From an uncultured Alphaproteobacteria bacterium (GTDB taxonomy: Bacteria; Pseudomonadota; Alphaproteobacteria; Rhizobiales; Afifellaceae), in assembly GCA_963739005.1 (NCBI GenBank), contig CAVTYQ010000009.1, positions 26,014 to 90,013 of the forward strand: DNA of 64,000 nucleotides, read 5' to 3'. The translations under genes were made by a program, and so were the position numbers. Below the pieces are notes generated by a model. The model was not told the DNA's origin and made no database searches. It saw only the letters and a list, made by a program, of their open reading frames with translations. Below, piece by piece: positions 1-9,668 of this stretch; the first letter of the stretch is position 1; each line of letters opens with the position of its first letter.

Positions 1-1
1 C

Positions 2-328
2 ATGATCCTGAAGCCCAAGGTGGTCGTGCTCGACGAGCCGACGTCGGCGCTCGACCGCTCGGTGCAGAAGGAGATCGTCGAGCTTCTGCGCAATCTCCAG
101 GAAACCCACGGGCTCTCTTATCTCTTCATCAGCCACGACCTTGCGGTCGTGCGCGCCATGGCCGATGAGGTCATCGTGATGAAGGATGGGAGGGTGGTGG
201 AGCGCGGCTCCACCGAGGAGATATTCTCCGATCCGAAAGACCCCTATACGCAGGCCCTGATGGCGGCCGCGCTCGGCGGCCCGATCGCGGCGGCGGCGAT
301 CGCAAGCGACACAGGCGCGAACGCATGA
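2..328 (+). CDS. ABC transporter ATP-binding protein, C-terminal fragment (dipeptide/oligopeptide type); 5' end outside the window
   Basis: Track ORF 2..328 has VVLDEPTSALD (Walker B), FISHDLAVV (H-loop) and the DPKDPYTQALMAA tail typical of Dpp/Opp-family ATPases. Its stop overlaps the next start (ATGA at 325-328). Confidence 0.85.
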   Translation: MILKPKVVVLDEPTSALDRSVQKEIVELLRNLQETHGLSYLFISHDLAVVRAMADEVIVMKDGRVVERGSTEEIFSDPKDPYTQALMAAALGGPIAAAAIASDTGANA

Positions 329-1260
329 TCCTCTGCCACGGCGAGATGCTGATCGATTTCCTCCCCGTTGCGCTACCGGACGGCACGCCAGCATTCCGGC
401 CGGCGGTGGGCGGTTCGCCCGGCAACGTCGCCCTGACCCTCGCCCGCCTCGGCGTTCCGGTCGGCTTCGTTGGCGGGCTCTCGACGGACTTTTTTGGCGA
501 CCAGATCGCCGAGATGCTCGAGACGAACGGCGTCGCCATGGATTACGTCGCGCGGCTCGACCGGCCGACCATGCTCGCCTTCGTCAATCTCGACGGCGAG
601 GAGCCGCGCTACGCCTTCTACGATAGCGAGGCGGCGGCGCGGCACTGGCGGCTTGAAGACATGAAACGGATCGCGCCGAAGGTGAACACGTTGCATTTCG
701 GCTCGTTGTCGCTGATCAGGCTCCCCGCCGCCAACGCCTTTGCCGAGCTGATGCGGCGGGAGGCCGACCGTCGCATCATCAGCTTCGATCCGAATATCCG
801 CGCCGGACTGGTCGAGGACGAAGCAGGCTACCGGACGCGGCTTGCGGCCTTCTTCACGCACGCGCACGTTATCAAGCTGAGCGGCGCCGATCTCGATTGG
901 ATAGCGCCTGGCAAGGCGATCGCGGAGCTGGCAGCCGAATGGCTTGCGGCGGAGGCGCGCATCGTCCTTTTCACGCGCGGCAGCGAGGGCGCGACGATCT
1001 TCACGCGCGACGCCACGATCATGCGGCCGGCGCGGAAGGTGAAGGTGGTCGATACCGTGGGCGCCGGCGATTCCACCATGGGCGGGCTTCTCGCGGCGCT
1101 TTCGGATCTGAACGCGCTCGACCGCGAGGCACTCCCTCAACTGGCGGAAGCTCAGCTCGCGGAGATCCTGGATTTTGCGCTGGCGGTCGCCGCCATAACC
1201 TGCAGCCGCGCCGGCGCGGACCCGCCGACGCGTGCCGAAGTCAAGGAATTCCTAGGCTGA
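325..1260 (+). CDS. PfkB-family carbohydrate kinase (fructokinase-like)
   Basis: 311 aa. N-terminal GEMLIDF...GGSPGNVA and C-terminal DTVGAGDSTMGGLL (PfkB signature 2). Translationally coupled to the upstream ABC ATPase. Confidence 0.8.
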   Translation: MILCHGEMLIDFLPVALPDGTPAFRPAVGGSPGNVALTLARLGVPVGFVGGLSTDFFGDQIAEMLETNGVAMDYVARLDRPTMLAFVNLDGEEPRYAFYDSEAAARHWRLEDMKRIAPKVNTLHFGSLSLIRLPAANAFAELMRREADRRIISFDPNIRAGLVEDEAGYRTRLAAFFTHAHVIKLSGADLDWIAPGKAIAELAAEWLAAEARIVLFTRGSEGATIFTRDATIMRPARKVKVVDTVGAGDSTMGGLLAALSDLNALDREALPQLAEAQLAEILDFALAVAAITCSRAGADPPTRAEVKEFLG

Positions 1261-1295
1261 TCCGCGTCGGGCGCCGCGCAGGGCGCCCCGGAGGC

Positions 1296-1460
1296 CTACT
1301 GCAACTGGGTTGCGATTGTGTTGAACTTCGCGCTCAGCTCCGTGCCGATCGTGGCAAGAACGCTGATGATGACGACGGAGATCAACGCGGCGATCAGGCC
1401 GTATTCGATTGCCGTTGCGCCGCTTTCGTTGCGGGCAAACGAAGACACAAGCTTTCTCAT
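1296..1460 (-). CDS. flp: Flp/Fap-family type IVb pilin (copy 1)
   Basis: Hand translation of the minus strand gives MRKLVSSFARNESGATAIEYGLIAALISVVIISVLATIGTELSAKFNTIATQLQ*. It has the canonical Flp motif (ESGATAIEYGLIA) and an AAGGAGG SD 5 nt before ATG 1460 (an in-frame ATG also sits at 1463). At 54 aa it is below the ORF-track cut-off. Confidence 0.85.
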   Translation of the reverse strand: MRKLVSSFARNESGATAIEYGLIAALISVVIISVLATIGTELSAKFNTIATQLQ

Positions 1461-1572
1461 CATGGCCTCCTTCCGGCCATTCGCACGTTCAAGGCGAAGG
1501 CAGGCGGGATGTCAGGTACGATGCGCCTGCGCCCGACTGCTAAACGCGCCGGGCGCAGCGATCGTCGTCAGG

Positions 1573-1737
1573 CTACTGCAGCTGGGTTGCGATTGTGTTG
1601 AACTTGGCGCTCAGTTCCGTGCCGATGGTGGCAAGGACGCCGATGATGACGACGGAGATCAACGCGGCGATCAGGCCGTATTCGATCGCCGTCGCGCCGC
1701 TTTCGTTGCGGGCAAACGAAGACATGAGCTTTTTCAT
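1573..1737 (-). CDS. flp: Flp/Fap-family type IVb pilin (copy 2)
   Basis: Minus strand gives MKKLMSSFARNESGATAIEYGLIAALISVVIIGVLATIGTELSAKFNTIATQLQ*, with a GAGGAG SD 6 nt upstream. It lies exactly 277 bp from copy 1 and is near-identical to it. Confidence 0.85.
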   Translation of the reverse strand: MKKLMSSFARNESGATAIEYGLIAALISVVIIGVLATIGTELSAKFNTIATQLQ

Positions 1738-1920
1738 ACCAGACTCCTCGAAGATTCACGCGGACCGGGGGCCCGAGGCAGGACCGTTTCTACACGCGAC
1801 GAATAGGCATCCGGTTAAAGTTGTAAGTGAACGAATGCTCAATTTGGTTGGAGTCCTGAGACCGCGTTTCGAAGGAAGTCGAAGTGAATTGGGCACTGCG
1901 ATCGGGCTTGCGGCGGAGCC

Positions 1921-1956
1921 GAAAAAGCAAAGGCCGCCGCATACTTAGCGGCGGCC
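1921..1956 (-). terminator. Rho-independent terminator downstream of glnA
   Basis: 9-bp GC stem ggccgccgc/gcggcggcc (1932-1956, 7-nt loop), followed on the minus strand by TTTGCTTTTTC (1931-1921). It starts 20 nt after the glnA stop. Confidence 0.7.
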
Positions 1957-1975
1957 CAGCACAAATGAAGCCGGA

Positions 1976-3385
1976 TCAGATCGAGTAGTACATGTCGAAC
2001 TCGACCGGGTGCGGCGTCATCTCGTAGCGCATATTTTCTTGCCACTTCAGCTCGATGTAGGCGTCAATCTGGTCGTCGTCGAAGACGCCGCCGGCCTTGA
2101 GGAAATCACGGTCGGCGTCGAGTTCGCCAAGAGCCTGTCTGAGGGAGCCGCAGACGGTCGGGATCTGCTTCAGCTCGTCCGGCGGCAGATCGTAGAGGTC
2201 CTTGTCCATCGGGTCGCCCGGATGGAGCTTGTTCTTGATGCCGTCGAGCCCGGCCATCAGCATCGCCGTAAAGCCGAGATAAGGGTTCGCGCCGGGATCG
2301 GGGAAGCGCACCTCGACGCGCTTGCCCTTCGGCGAGTTCGTCACCGGGATGCGGCATGAGGCCGAGCGATTGCGCGCCGAGTAGGCGAGGAGCACCGGCG
2401 CCTCGTAGCCCGGCACCAGGCGCTTGTAGGAGTTGGTGGTCGGATTGGTAAAGGCGTTGATCGCCTTCGCGTGCTTCAGGATGCCGCCGATGTAGAACAA
2501 GCATTCGTCCGAAAGGTCGGCGTATTTGTTGCCGGCGAAGACCGGCTTTCCGCCCTTCCAGATCGACTGGTGGACGTGCATGCCCGAACCGTTGTCGCCA
2601 AAGACCGGCTTCGGCATGAACGTGACCGTCTTGCCGTAAGCCTGCGCCGTTTGATGAATGCAGTACTTATAGAGCTGCAGGCTGTCGGCAGCCTTGATCA
2701 GCGTCTGGAACTTGATGCCGAGCTCGTGCTGGGCGGAGGCCACTTCGTGGTGATGCTTTTCCACCGGCACACCCATTTGCGCCATGTACATCAGCATGTC
2801 GGAGCGGAGGTCCTGGGCGGAGTCCATCGGCGGCACGGGGAAATAACCGCCCTTGGTGCGCATCCGGTGGCCGAGATTGCCGCCTTCGTATTCGGTGTCG
2901 CTGTTGGTCGGGAATTCCGACGAATTGAGCTTGAAGCCGGTGTTGTAGGGGGTCGCCGAAAAGCGCACATCGTCGAAGATGAAGAACTCGGCTTCCGGCC
3001 CGAAATAACAGGTGTCGCCGACGCCGATCGACTGCAGGTAGGCGATCGCCTTCTTCGCCGTCGTGCGCGGGTCGCGGTTGTAGGGCTCGCCTGTGCCGGG
3101 ATCGAGGATGTCGCAGAAGATCGCGAGCGTCGTTTGCGCGAAGAAGGGATCGATGGCCGCCGCCTCCGGATCCATCATCAGCGTCATGTCCGACTGGTGA
3201 ATCGCCTTCCAGCCCGCGATCGACGATCCGTCGAACATCAGGCCGTCCGCGAAGGCGTCCTCATCGATCTGAGAAACGTCCATCGTGACGTGCTGCATCT
3301 TCCCGCGCGGATCGGTGAAGCGCACGTCCACGTATTTCACGTCATTGTCCTTGATGGTCTTCATGACCTCGGAAGCGTTGCTCAT
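1976..3385 (-). CDS. glnA: Glutamine synthetase type I
   Basis: Track ORF 1976..3691, trimmed to the internal ATG at 3385 ([29 protein letters not shown]...). 469 aa with conserved GSI motifs ([35 protein letters not shown]). The 102 upstream codons are Arg/Ser/Ala junk. Confidence 0.95.
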   Translation of the reverse strand: MSNASEVMKTIKDNDVKYVDVRFTDPRGKMQHVTMDVSQIDEDAFADGLMFDGSSIAGWKAIHQSDMTLMMDPEAAAIDPFFAQTTLAIFCDILDPGTGEPYNRDPRTTAKKAIAYLQSIGVGDTCYFGPEAEFFIFDDVRFSATPYNTGFKLNSSEFPTNSDTEYEGGNLGHRMRTKGGYFPVPPMDSAQDLRSDMLMYMAQMGVPVEKHHHEVASAQHELGIKFQTLIKAADSLQLYKYCIHQTAQAYGKTVTFMPKPVFGDNGSGMHVHQSIWKGGKPVFAGNKYADLSDECLFYIGGILKHAKAINAFTNPTTNSYKRLVPGYEAPVLLAYSARNRSASCRIPVTNSPKGKRVEVRFPDPGANPYLGFTAMLMAGLDGIKNKLHPGDPMDKDLYDLPPDELKQIPTVCGSLRQALGELDADRDFLKAGGVFDDDQIDAYIELKWQENMRYEMTPHPVEFDMYYSI

Positions 3386-3458
3386 GTTTCCCTCTTTCCT
3401 GAACGCGTCATGTGCCTTGGGAGCAAACGAAAGGCCGGCGCCTCGCGCCGGCGATATC

Positions 3459-3893
<435 letters not shown>

Positions 3894-3981
3894 TCATCTG
3901 CGCAGAAAGTCGGCAGAAGAGATGACGACGATGTCGAGATGAGTGCCTATTGCGTAGGCAGTTGCCGCCTGAGTGGTCAGA

Positions 3982-5460
3982 ATGGCGCTCGTTGAGATTT
4001 TGACCCCGTCCGAGATGGGCGAGGCCGACCGGCTTACGATCGCGGCCGGGACGCCCGGCTATTCGCTGATGCTGAACGCCGGCGCGGCCGTCGCCGAGGC
4101 AGCGCGCGACATGGCCGAGGACGGGCGCATTCTGGTTGTCGCTGGTCCCGGCAACAACGGCGGCGACGGTTTCGTTGCGGCCGAGATCCTGCGCCGCGCC
4201 GGGCGCGACGTCCGGGTCGCGCTGCTCGGCGCGCGCGATGCACTGAAAGGTGACGCCAAGCGCGCGGCCGCCGGCTACGGCGGGCAGTTCGAGGAGATCG
4301 GTTCAGCGACCGATCTTTCGGCCGACCTCGTCGTCGACGCGCTCTTTGGCGCGGGCTTGGCGCGGCCGCTCGAGGGGACGGCGGCAGAGGTTGTCGAGAG
4401 GCTGAATGCCGGCGGGGCCCGGGTGCTCGCCGTCGACCTCCCGAGCGGTATCGATGGCCGCACCGGCGCGGTCGAGGGCTCCGCAATTCGCGCCGCGCGC
4501 ACGGTGACCTTTTTCCGCCTGAAGCCCGGCCACCTGCTATTGCCGGGGCGGCTCAATTGCGGGCGGACCGAGCTTGCGCAGATCGGCATTCCCGACTCCG
4601 TCCTTAGAACCATCCGGCCGGCGACGTTTCACAACCTTCCAGAGCTCTGGCGAAAGCACCTCGGGTCGCCACGGCCCGCCGACCATAAATATTCGCGCGG
4701 CCACGCCTTCGTCGTCTCCGGATCGGCCGACGCGACAGGGGCGGCGCGGCTGTCCGCGATGGCCGCGCTCCGAGTTGGCGCTGGGGCCGTAACCGTCGCG
4801 TCTCCGCCCAGCGCGCTGCTCGTCAACGCGGCGCATCTGACCGCAATCATGGTGCGCGCATTCGATGGTGCCGAGGCACTGGGTGCGCTTCTCTCCGATC
4901 CCCGTTCGAAGGCGGTCGCCGTCGGCCCCGCAAACGGCGTCGGCGAGAACACACGCCGCAATGTCGCCGCAGCGCTGAGGAGCGCCGCCGCAGTCGTGCT
5001 CGATGCCGACGCGCTGACCAGCTTCGCAGACTTGTCAGAAGACCTTTTCTCGTTGATCAGGAATTGCTTGCGGCCCGTCGTGATGACGCCGCATGAGGGC
5101 GAGTTTGCGCGCCTCTTCGCCGGCGCCGGTCCGCGGCTCGACCGGGCCCGCGCCGCGGCGGCGGCATGTGGCGCCTGCGTCGTGCTCAAGGGGTACGACA
5201 CGGTGGTAGCGGCGCCGGACGGGCGCGCGGCGATCAATGCCAATGCTCCGGCGGACCTCGCGACGGCTGGGAGCGGCGACGTGCTGACCGGCATCATCGC
5301 TGGGCTCCTGGCGCAGGGGCTGGAGGGCTTCGAAGCCGCTTGCGCCGGCGTCTGGATCCACGGTGCGGCGGGAGAGGCGGTTGGCCGCGGGCTGATCGCC
5401 GAAGACCTGCCTGGCGCGATCCCGGGGGTCTTGCGCCGCCTCGATTCCGACCCGAATTGA
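3982..5460 (+). CDS. nnr: Bifunctional NAD(P)H-hydrate repair enzyme (epimerase / ADP-dependent dehydratase)
   Basis: YjeF_N part (VVAGPGNNGGDGFVAA) plus a C-terminal carbohydrate-kinase part (HKYSRGH..., GSGDVLTGIIAGLLAQG). ATG at 3982; the track starts at GTG 3973. Confidence 0.85.
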   Translation: MALVEILTPSEMGEADRLTIAAGTPGYSLMLNAGAAVAEAARDMAEDGRILVVAGPGNNGGDGFVAAEILRRAGRDVRVALLGARDALKGDAKRAAAGYGGQFEEIGSATDLSADLVVDALFGAGLARPLEGTAAEVVERLNAGGARVLAVDLPSGIDGRTGAVEGSAIRAARTVTFFRLKPGHLLLPGRLNCGRTELAQIGIPDSVLRTIRPATFHNLPELWRKHLGSPRPADHKYSRGHAFVVSGSADATGAARLSAMAALRVGAGAVTVASPPSALLVNAAHLTAIMVRAFDGAEALGALLSDPRSKAVAVGPANGVGENTRRNVAAALRSAAAVVLDADALTSFADLSEDLFSLIRNCLRPVVMTPHEGEFARLFAGAGPRLDRARAAAAACGACVVLKGYDTVVAAPDGRAAINANAPADLATAGSGDVLTGIIAGLLAQGLEGFEAACAGVWIHGAAGEAVGRGLIAEDLPGAIPGVLRRLDSDPN

Positions 5461-5564
5461 GCGCCGACGGTCGCGCTTTGGCAACCACGCGAAATCCTTG
5501 CCCCGCCAGACGGGTTGCTTTAGGAGCGCGTGGCCGGGGCGGCGGGGCTTGCACGCGGAACCGT

Positions 5565-5650
5565 GCGGGCGTGGTGGAATTGGTAGACACGCAGGATTTA
5601 GGTTCCTGTGGGCAGAGCCCGTGGGGGTTCAAATCCCTCCGCCCGCACCA
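5565..5650 (+). tRNA. tRNA-Leu (anticodon TAG)
   Basis: Manual cloverleaf. Acceptor GCGGGCG/CGCCCGC, anticodon stem CAGGA/TCCTG with loop TTTAGGT, long variable arm, T-loop TTCAAAT, discriminator A and encoded CCA. Confidence 0.9.
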
Positions 5651-5781
5651 GCCTTCGTGCTTCGGCTCGGCAGGCCGAGGCGGAGCTTAAAGACGAAGGT
5701 TGCCGCGCCGAAGTTCCCAAAGGGGCGAAGGCGGGCGGAGAGCAGACCGGCGCGAAACATCAGCAGTTCAGGACGTTTCAG

Positions 5782-7185
5782 ATGCAAATCAGCGAGACCC
5801 TATCGGAAGGCCTGAAGCGGGGTCTGACCGTCACCATCCCCGCCGCCGAACTCGATGCCAAGCTCGCGGAGCGGCTCGACCAGCTCAAGTCGCGCGTGCG
5901 CATCAAGGGATTTCGTCCGGGAAAAGTGCCGGTCAGCCATCTGCGCCGCGTTTACGGCAAGGCGGCGATGGCCGAGATCGTCCAGGGTCTCGTCGGCGAG
6001 ACGACGCAGCAGGCGATCACCGACCGCGGCGAGCGCGCGGCGATGCAGCCCAAGATCGCCATGACCGAAGACGAGGCGGTGGCCGTGGAGGTGCTGGAGG
6101 GCCGCGCCGACCTCACCTTCACGCTCGAATACGAGGTGCTGCCGAAATACGAGCTCGCCGACTTCAAGGGCCTGACGATCGAGCGCCCGATCGTCGAAGT
6201 GACCGACGAGGAGGTTGAAGAGCGGTTGAAGCAGGTCGCCGAGAGCGCGCGGACCTACACCGCCGTGGAGCGCGCAGCAGCGAAGGGCGACCGCGTCACC
6301 TTTGAATACAGCGCCAGTACCGGCGGCGAGGTCTTTGAAACGAATTCAACGGCGATCGTGCTCGGGTCGGGCCAGTTCATTCCGGGCTTCGAGGACTCGC
6401 TCATCGGCGTGACCGGCGGCGAGAAGAAGGTCGTCGACATCACCTTCCCGGAGGACTACCCGGCCGAGAATCTGAAAGGGAAGCCGGCGACCTTCGACAT
6501 TTCGATTACGGAAGTTGCCGAGCCGGGCGAGGTCGCCCTCGACGACGCCCTTGCGACGCGGCTCGGGCTCGAATCGATCGACAAGCTGCGCGAGACGATC
6601 CGCAAGCAGATCGAGAGCGAATTTGGCCGGGCAACGCGACAGCACGTCAAGCGCCAGCTCCTCGATCAGCTCGATGAGAAACATTCTTTTGCGCTGCCGC
6701 AGAACCTGGTCGACACCGAGTTTGAGAACATCTGGCAGCAGGTCACGCACGACGTGGAGCACCACGGCAAATCCTTCGAAGCGGAAGGCACCACCGAGGA
6801 GGCGGCGCGGGCCGAGTATCGGGGTATCGCCGAGCGCCGGGTGAGGCTCGGCCTTGTCCTCTCCAAGATTGGCGAGACGGCGGAAGTCACCGTCACCGAT
6901 GAGGAGCTGCAGGGCGCGCTTTTCGAGCAGGCGCGGCGCTATCGCGGCCAGGAGCGCGAGGTGCTCGAATATTATCGCAAGAACCCTGATGCGCTGCAGG
7001 CACTCCGTGCGCCGATCTTCGAGGAGAAGGTCGTGGACTACGTGCTCGAATTCGCCCAGATCACGGACAAGACGGTGAGCAAGGAGGAACTCCTCGCTGA
7101 AGACGAAGAGGAGAGCCCCCATCACCATCACGATCATGGCGAGCATGACCACGGCGATCATGGGCACGACGACCACGATCACTGA
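5782..7185 (+). CDS. tig: Trigger factor (ribosome-associated PPIase chaperone) with a His-rich C-terminal tail
   Basis: MQISETLSEGLKRGLTVTIPAAELD...RIKGFRPGKVP (TF signature). Track ORF 5608..7185 runs through the tRNA and is trimmed to ATG 5782. 467 aa. Confidence 0.93.
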   Translation: MQISETLSEGLKRGLTVTIPAAELDAKLAERLDQLKSRVRIKGFRPGKVPVSHLRRVYGKAAMAEIVQGLVGETTQQAITDRGERAAMQPKIAMTEDEAVAVEVLEGRADLTFTLEYEVLPKYELADFKGLTIERPIVEVTDEEVEERLKQVAESARTYTAVERAAAKGDRVTFEYSASTGGEVFETNSTAIVLGSGQFIPGFEDSLIGVTGGEKKVVDITFPEDYPAENLKGKPATFDISITEVAEPGEVALDDALATRLGLESIDKLRETIRKQIESEFGRATRQHVKRQLLDQLDEKHSFALPQNLVDTEFENIWQQVTHDVEHHGKSFEAEGTTEEAARAEYRGIAERRVRLGLVLSKIGETAEVTVTDEELQGALFEQARRYRGQEREVLEYYRKNPDALQALRAPIFEEKVVDYVLEFAQITDKTVSKEELLAEDEEESPHHHHDHGEHDHGDHGHDDHDH

Positions 7186-7377
7186 GGGCGGCCGCGCAAG
7201 CACCTGCGCGGCCGGGAATCGGGCCTAGCGGGGCCGCCAAAGCCTCCGAGGGGGCCGCCCGGAAACGGCCCAGTTGTTGCGCTCCCTTGGTGGGGCGCTA
7301 AAAGACGCTTATCTGACAATGGATTCGGGAGCCATTCCCTGGCGCCCCAAGCGACGCTTTCCCCGGTGAACAAGGCC

Positions 7378-8019
7378 ATGAGAGACCCAGTCGACACATA
7401 TATGAACCTGCTCGTCCCGATGGTTGTCGAGCAGACCAACCGCGGCGAGCGGGCTTACGACATCTACTCGCGGCTCTTGAAGGAACGGATCATCTTCATC
7501 ACCGGGCCGGTCGAGGACCACATGTCCTCGCTGGTCTGCGCCCAGCTGCTCTTCCTGGAGGCGGACAACCCCAAGAAGGAAATCGCCATGTACATCAACT
7601 CGCCGGGAGGGGTGGTCACCTCCGGCATGGCGATCTACGATACCATGCAGTTCGTAAAGCCTGCCGTTTCAACGCTTTGCATCGGCCAGGCCGCCTCGAT
7701 GGGTTCGCTGCTTCTGTGCGCTGGGGAGAAAAGCCTGCGTTTCTCGACGCCAAATGCCCAAATCATGGTTCACCAGCCCTCCGGGGGCTTCCAGGGCCAG
7801 GCCTCGGATATCGAGCGCCATGCCGAGGACATCATCAAAATGAAGCGCCGGCTCAATGACATATATGCAAAACACACCGGCCAGACCTACGAGGCGATCG
7901 AAACCACGCTGGACCGGGACTATTTCATGAGTGCCGAACAGGCGCGGGATTTCGGGCTTGTCGACGAGGTGATCACGACCCGGTTGGCACTGGAGCAGAT
8001 CGCCGCGGGTGGAGCGTGA
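7378..8019 (+). CDS. clpP: ATP-dependent Clp protease proteolytic subunit
   Basis: [40 protein letters not shown]...[11 protein letters not shown] (catalytic Ser context). ATG 7378 preferred over the track's GTG 7366. Confidence 0.95.
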   Translation: MRDPVDTYMNLLVPMVVEQTNRGERAYDIYSRLLKERIIFITGPVEDHMSSLVCAQLLFLEADNPKKEIAMYINSPGGVVTSGMAIYDTMQFVKPAVSTLCIGQAASMGSLLLCAGEKSLRFSTPNAQIMVHQPSGGFQGQASDIERHAEDIIKMKRRLNDIYAKHTGQTYEAIETTLDRDYFMSAEQARDFGLVDEVITTRLALEQIAAGGA

Positions 8020-8157
8020 CCGAAAGCCCACATTCCCAAATCCGATCATTAAGTTAATCTTGAAATCTTGCGCGCAAGAATGGTTCGATGTGAGCATGGT
8101 GGGCGCAGGTCGCCAAGTGGCATCGTTCGTGCACGGGCGTACTGAGCGAGGTTCGTT

Positions 8158-9447
8158 ATGAGCAAGATCAGCGGATCAGGCGGGGGCGGGGAGAGCAAGA
8201 ACACGCTCTATTGCTCCTTCTGCGGCAAGAGCCAGCATGAGGTCCGCAAGCTCATTGCCGGCCCGACCGTCTTCATCTGCGACGAGTGCGTCGAGCTGTG
8301 CATGGACATCATCCGCGAGGAGAACAAATCCTCGCTCGTGAAGTCGGGCGACGGCGTGCCGACGCCGCTCGAGATTTACGAGGTGCTGAACGATTACGTG
8401 ATCGGCCAGGACCACGCGAAGAAGGTTCTCTCCGTCGCCGTCCACAATCACTACAAGCGGCTGAACCACGCGGCGCGCAACAACGACGTCGAGCTGTCGA
8501 AGTCGAACATCCTGCTGATCGGTCCGACCGGCTGCGGCAAGACGCTGCTCGCGCAGACGCTCGCGCGCATCCTCGACGTGCCGTTCACGATGGCCGACGC
8601 GACGACGCTGACCGAAGCCGGCTATGTCGGCGAGGACGTCGAGAACATCATCCTGAAGCTGCTGCAGTCGGCCGACTACAACGTCGAGCGCGCGCAGCGC
8701 GGCATCGTCTACATCGACGAGGTCGACAAGATCAGCCGCAAGTCCGACAACCCTTCGATCACCCGCGACGTGTCGGGCGAGGGCGTGCAGCAGGCGCTCC
8801 TGAAGATCATGGAAGGCACGGTCGCAAGCGTGCCGCCGCAGGGTGGCCGCAAGCATCCGCAGCAGGAGTTCCTGCAGGTCGATACGACCAACATTCTCTT
8901 CATCTGCGGCGGCGCCTTCTCCGGTCTCGACCGGATCATCTCCGACCGCGGCCGCAAGACGTCGATCGGTTTCGGCGCGACGGTTACCTCGCCGGAGGAT
9001 CGCAAGACGGGCGAGCTCTTCCGCCTGGTCGAGCCCGAGGATCTGCTGAAGTTCGGACTGATCCCGGAATTCGTCGGCCGCCTTCCGGTCGTGGCGACGC
9101 TCGAGGACCTCGACGAGACCGCGCTCGTGCAGATTCTGACGGAGCCGAAGAACGCGCTCGTCAAGCAGTACCAGCGGCTCTTCGAGATGGAGAACGTCGA
9201 GCTCAACTTCCATACCGACGCGCTGACTGCGATCTCCAAGCGCGCCATCGAGCGCAAGACCGGCGCACGCGGCCTCCGCTCCATCATGGAGGCGATCCTC
9301 CTGGAGACGATGTTCGACCTGCCCGGCCTCGACGGCGTCGAAGAGGTGGTCATCTCGAGCGACGTCGTGAACGGCAACTCGCGTCCACTCTACATCTACG
9401 GCGAACGCGCCGTCGAAGAACACCAAAACGCCGGCCGCTCGGCCTGA
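8158..9447 (+). CDS. clpX: ATP-dependent Clp protease ATP-binding subunit ClpX
   Basis: Zinc-finger N-terminus [26 protein letters not shown], Walker A GPTGCGKT. 429 aa. Confidence 0.97.
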   Translation: MSKISGSGGGGESKNTLYCSFCGKSQHEVRKLIAGPTVFICDECVELCMDIIREENKSSLVKSGDGVPTPLEIYEVLNDYVIGQDHAKKVLSVAVHNHYKRLNHAARNNDVELSKSNILLIGPTGCGKTLLAQTLARILDVPFTMADATTLTEAGYVGEDVENIILKLLQSADYNVERAQRGIVYIDEVDKISRKSDNPSITRDVSGEGVQQALLKIMEGTVASVPPQGGRKHPQQEFLQVDTTNILFICGGAFSGLDRIISDRGRKTSIGFGATVTSPEDRKTGELFRLVEPEDLLKFGLIPEFVGRLPVVATLEDLDETALVQILTEPKNALVKQYQRLFEMENVELNFHTDALTAISKRAIERKTGARGLRSIMEAILLETMFDLPGLDGVEEVVISSDVVNGNSRPLYIYGERAVEEHQNAGRSA

Positions 9448-9668
9448 CCTCCGGGCGGGCCGGAGACCTGGCGTTCTCCCAGCTTGCGGGCAGTCTTGAA
9501 AAGGAGGGTTCGGGCTTCCACTTAACGGCAATCGAACCGGCGCTCTGACCGCTTCCGCGACCTCGTTCCCGCCCTGGCAGCGGCAAAATTCGGCGGCGCG
9601 CCTCCAACCGCTACGAGAATCGCCTAGCTTTGCCCTTGCGGCAAGCCATGCGAGTCGAAGGAAGAACG

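Noticed and set aside
1318-1948. Plus-strand ORFs 1318..1806 (162 aa) and 1595..1948 (117 aa) with internally repeated sequence.
   Set aside because: They read the antisense of the two Flp pilin genes, and the repeat merely reflects the 277-bp tandem duplication. The minus-strand reading gives canonical Flp prepilins with SD sequences.
9495-9525. Possible sigma-32 heat-shock promoter upstream of lon (CTTGAAA at 9495-9501, CCACTTAA at 9518-9525).
   Set aside because: The -35 element is good, but the -10 element matches neither the E. coli CCCCATnT nor the alphaproteobacterial CYTATnT consensus well. It is too weak to report as a feature without TSS data.
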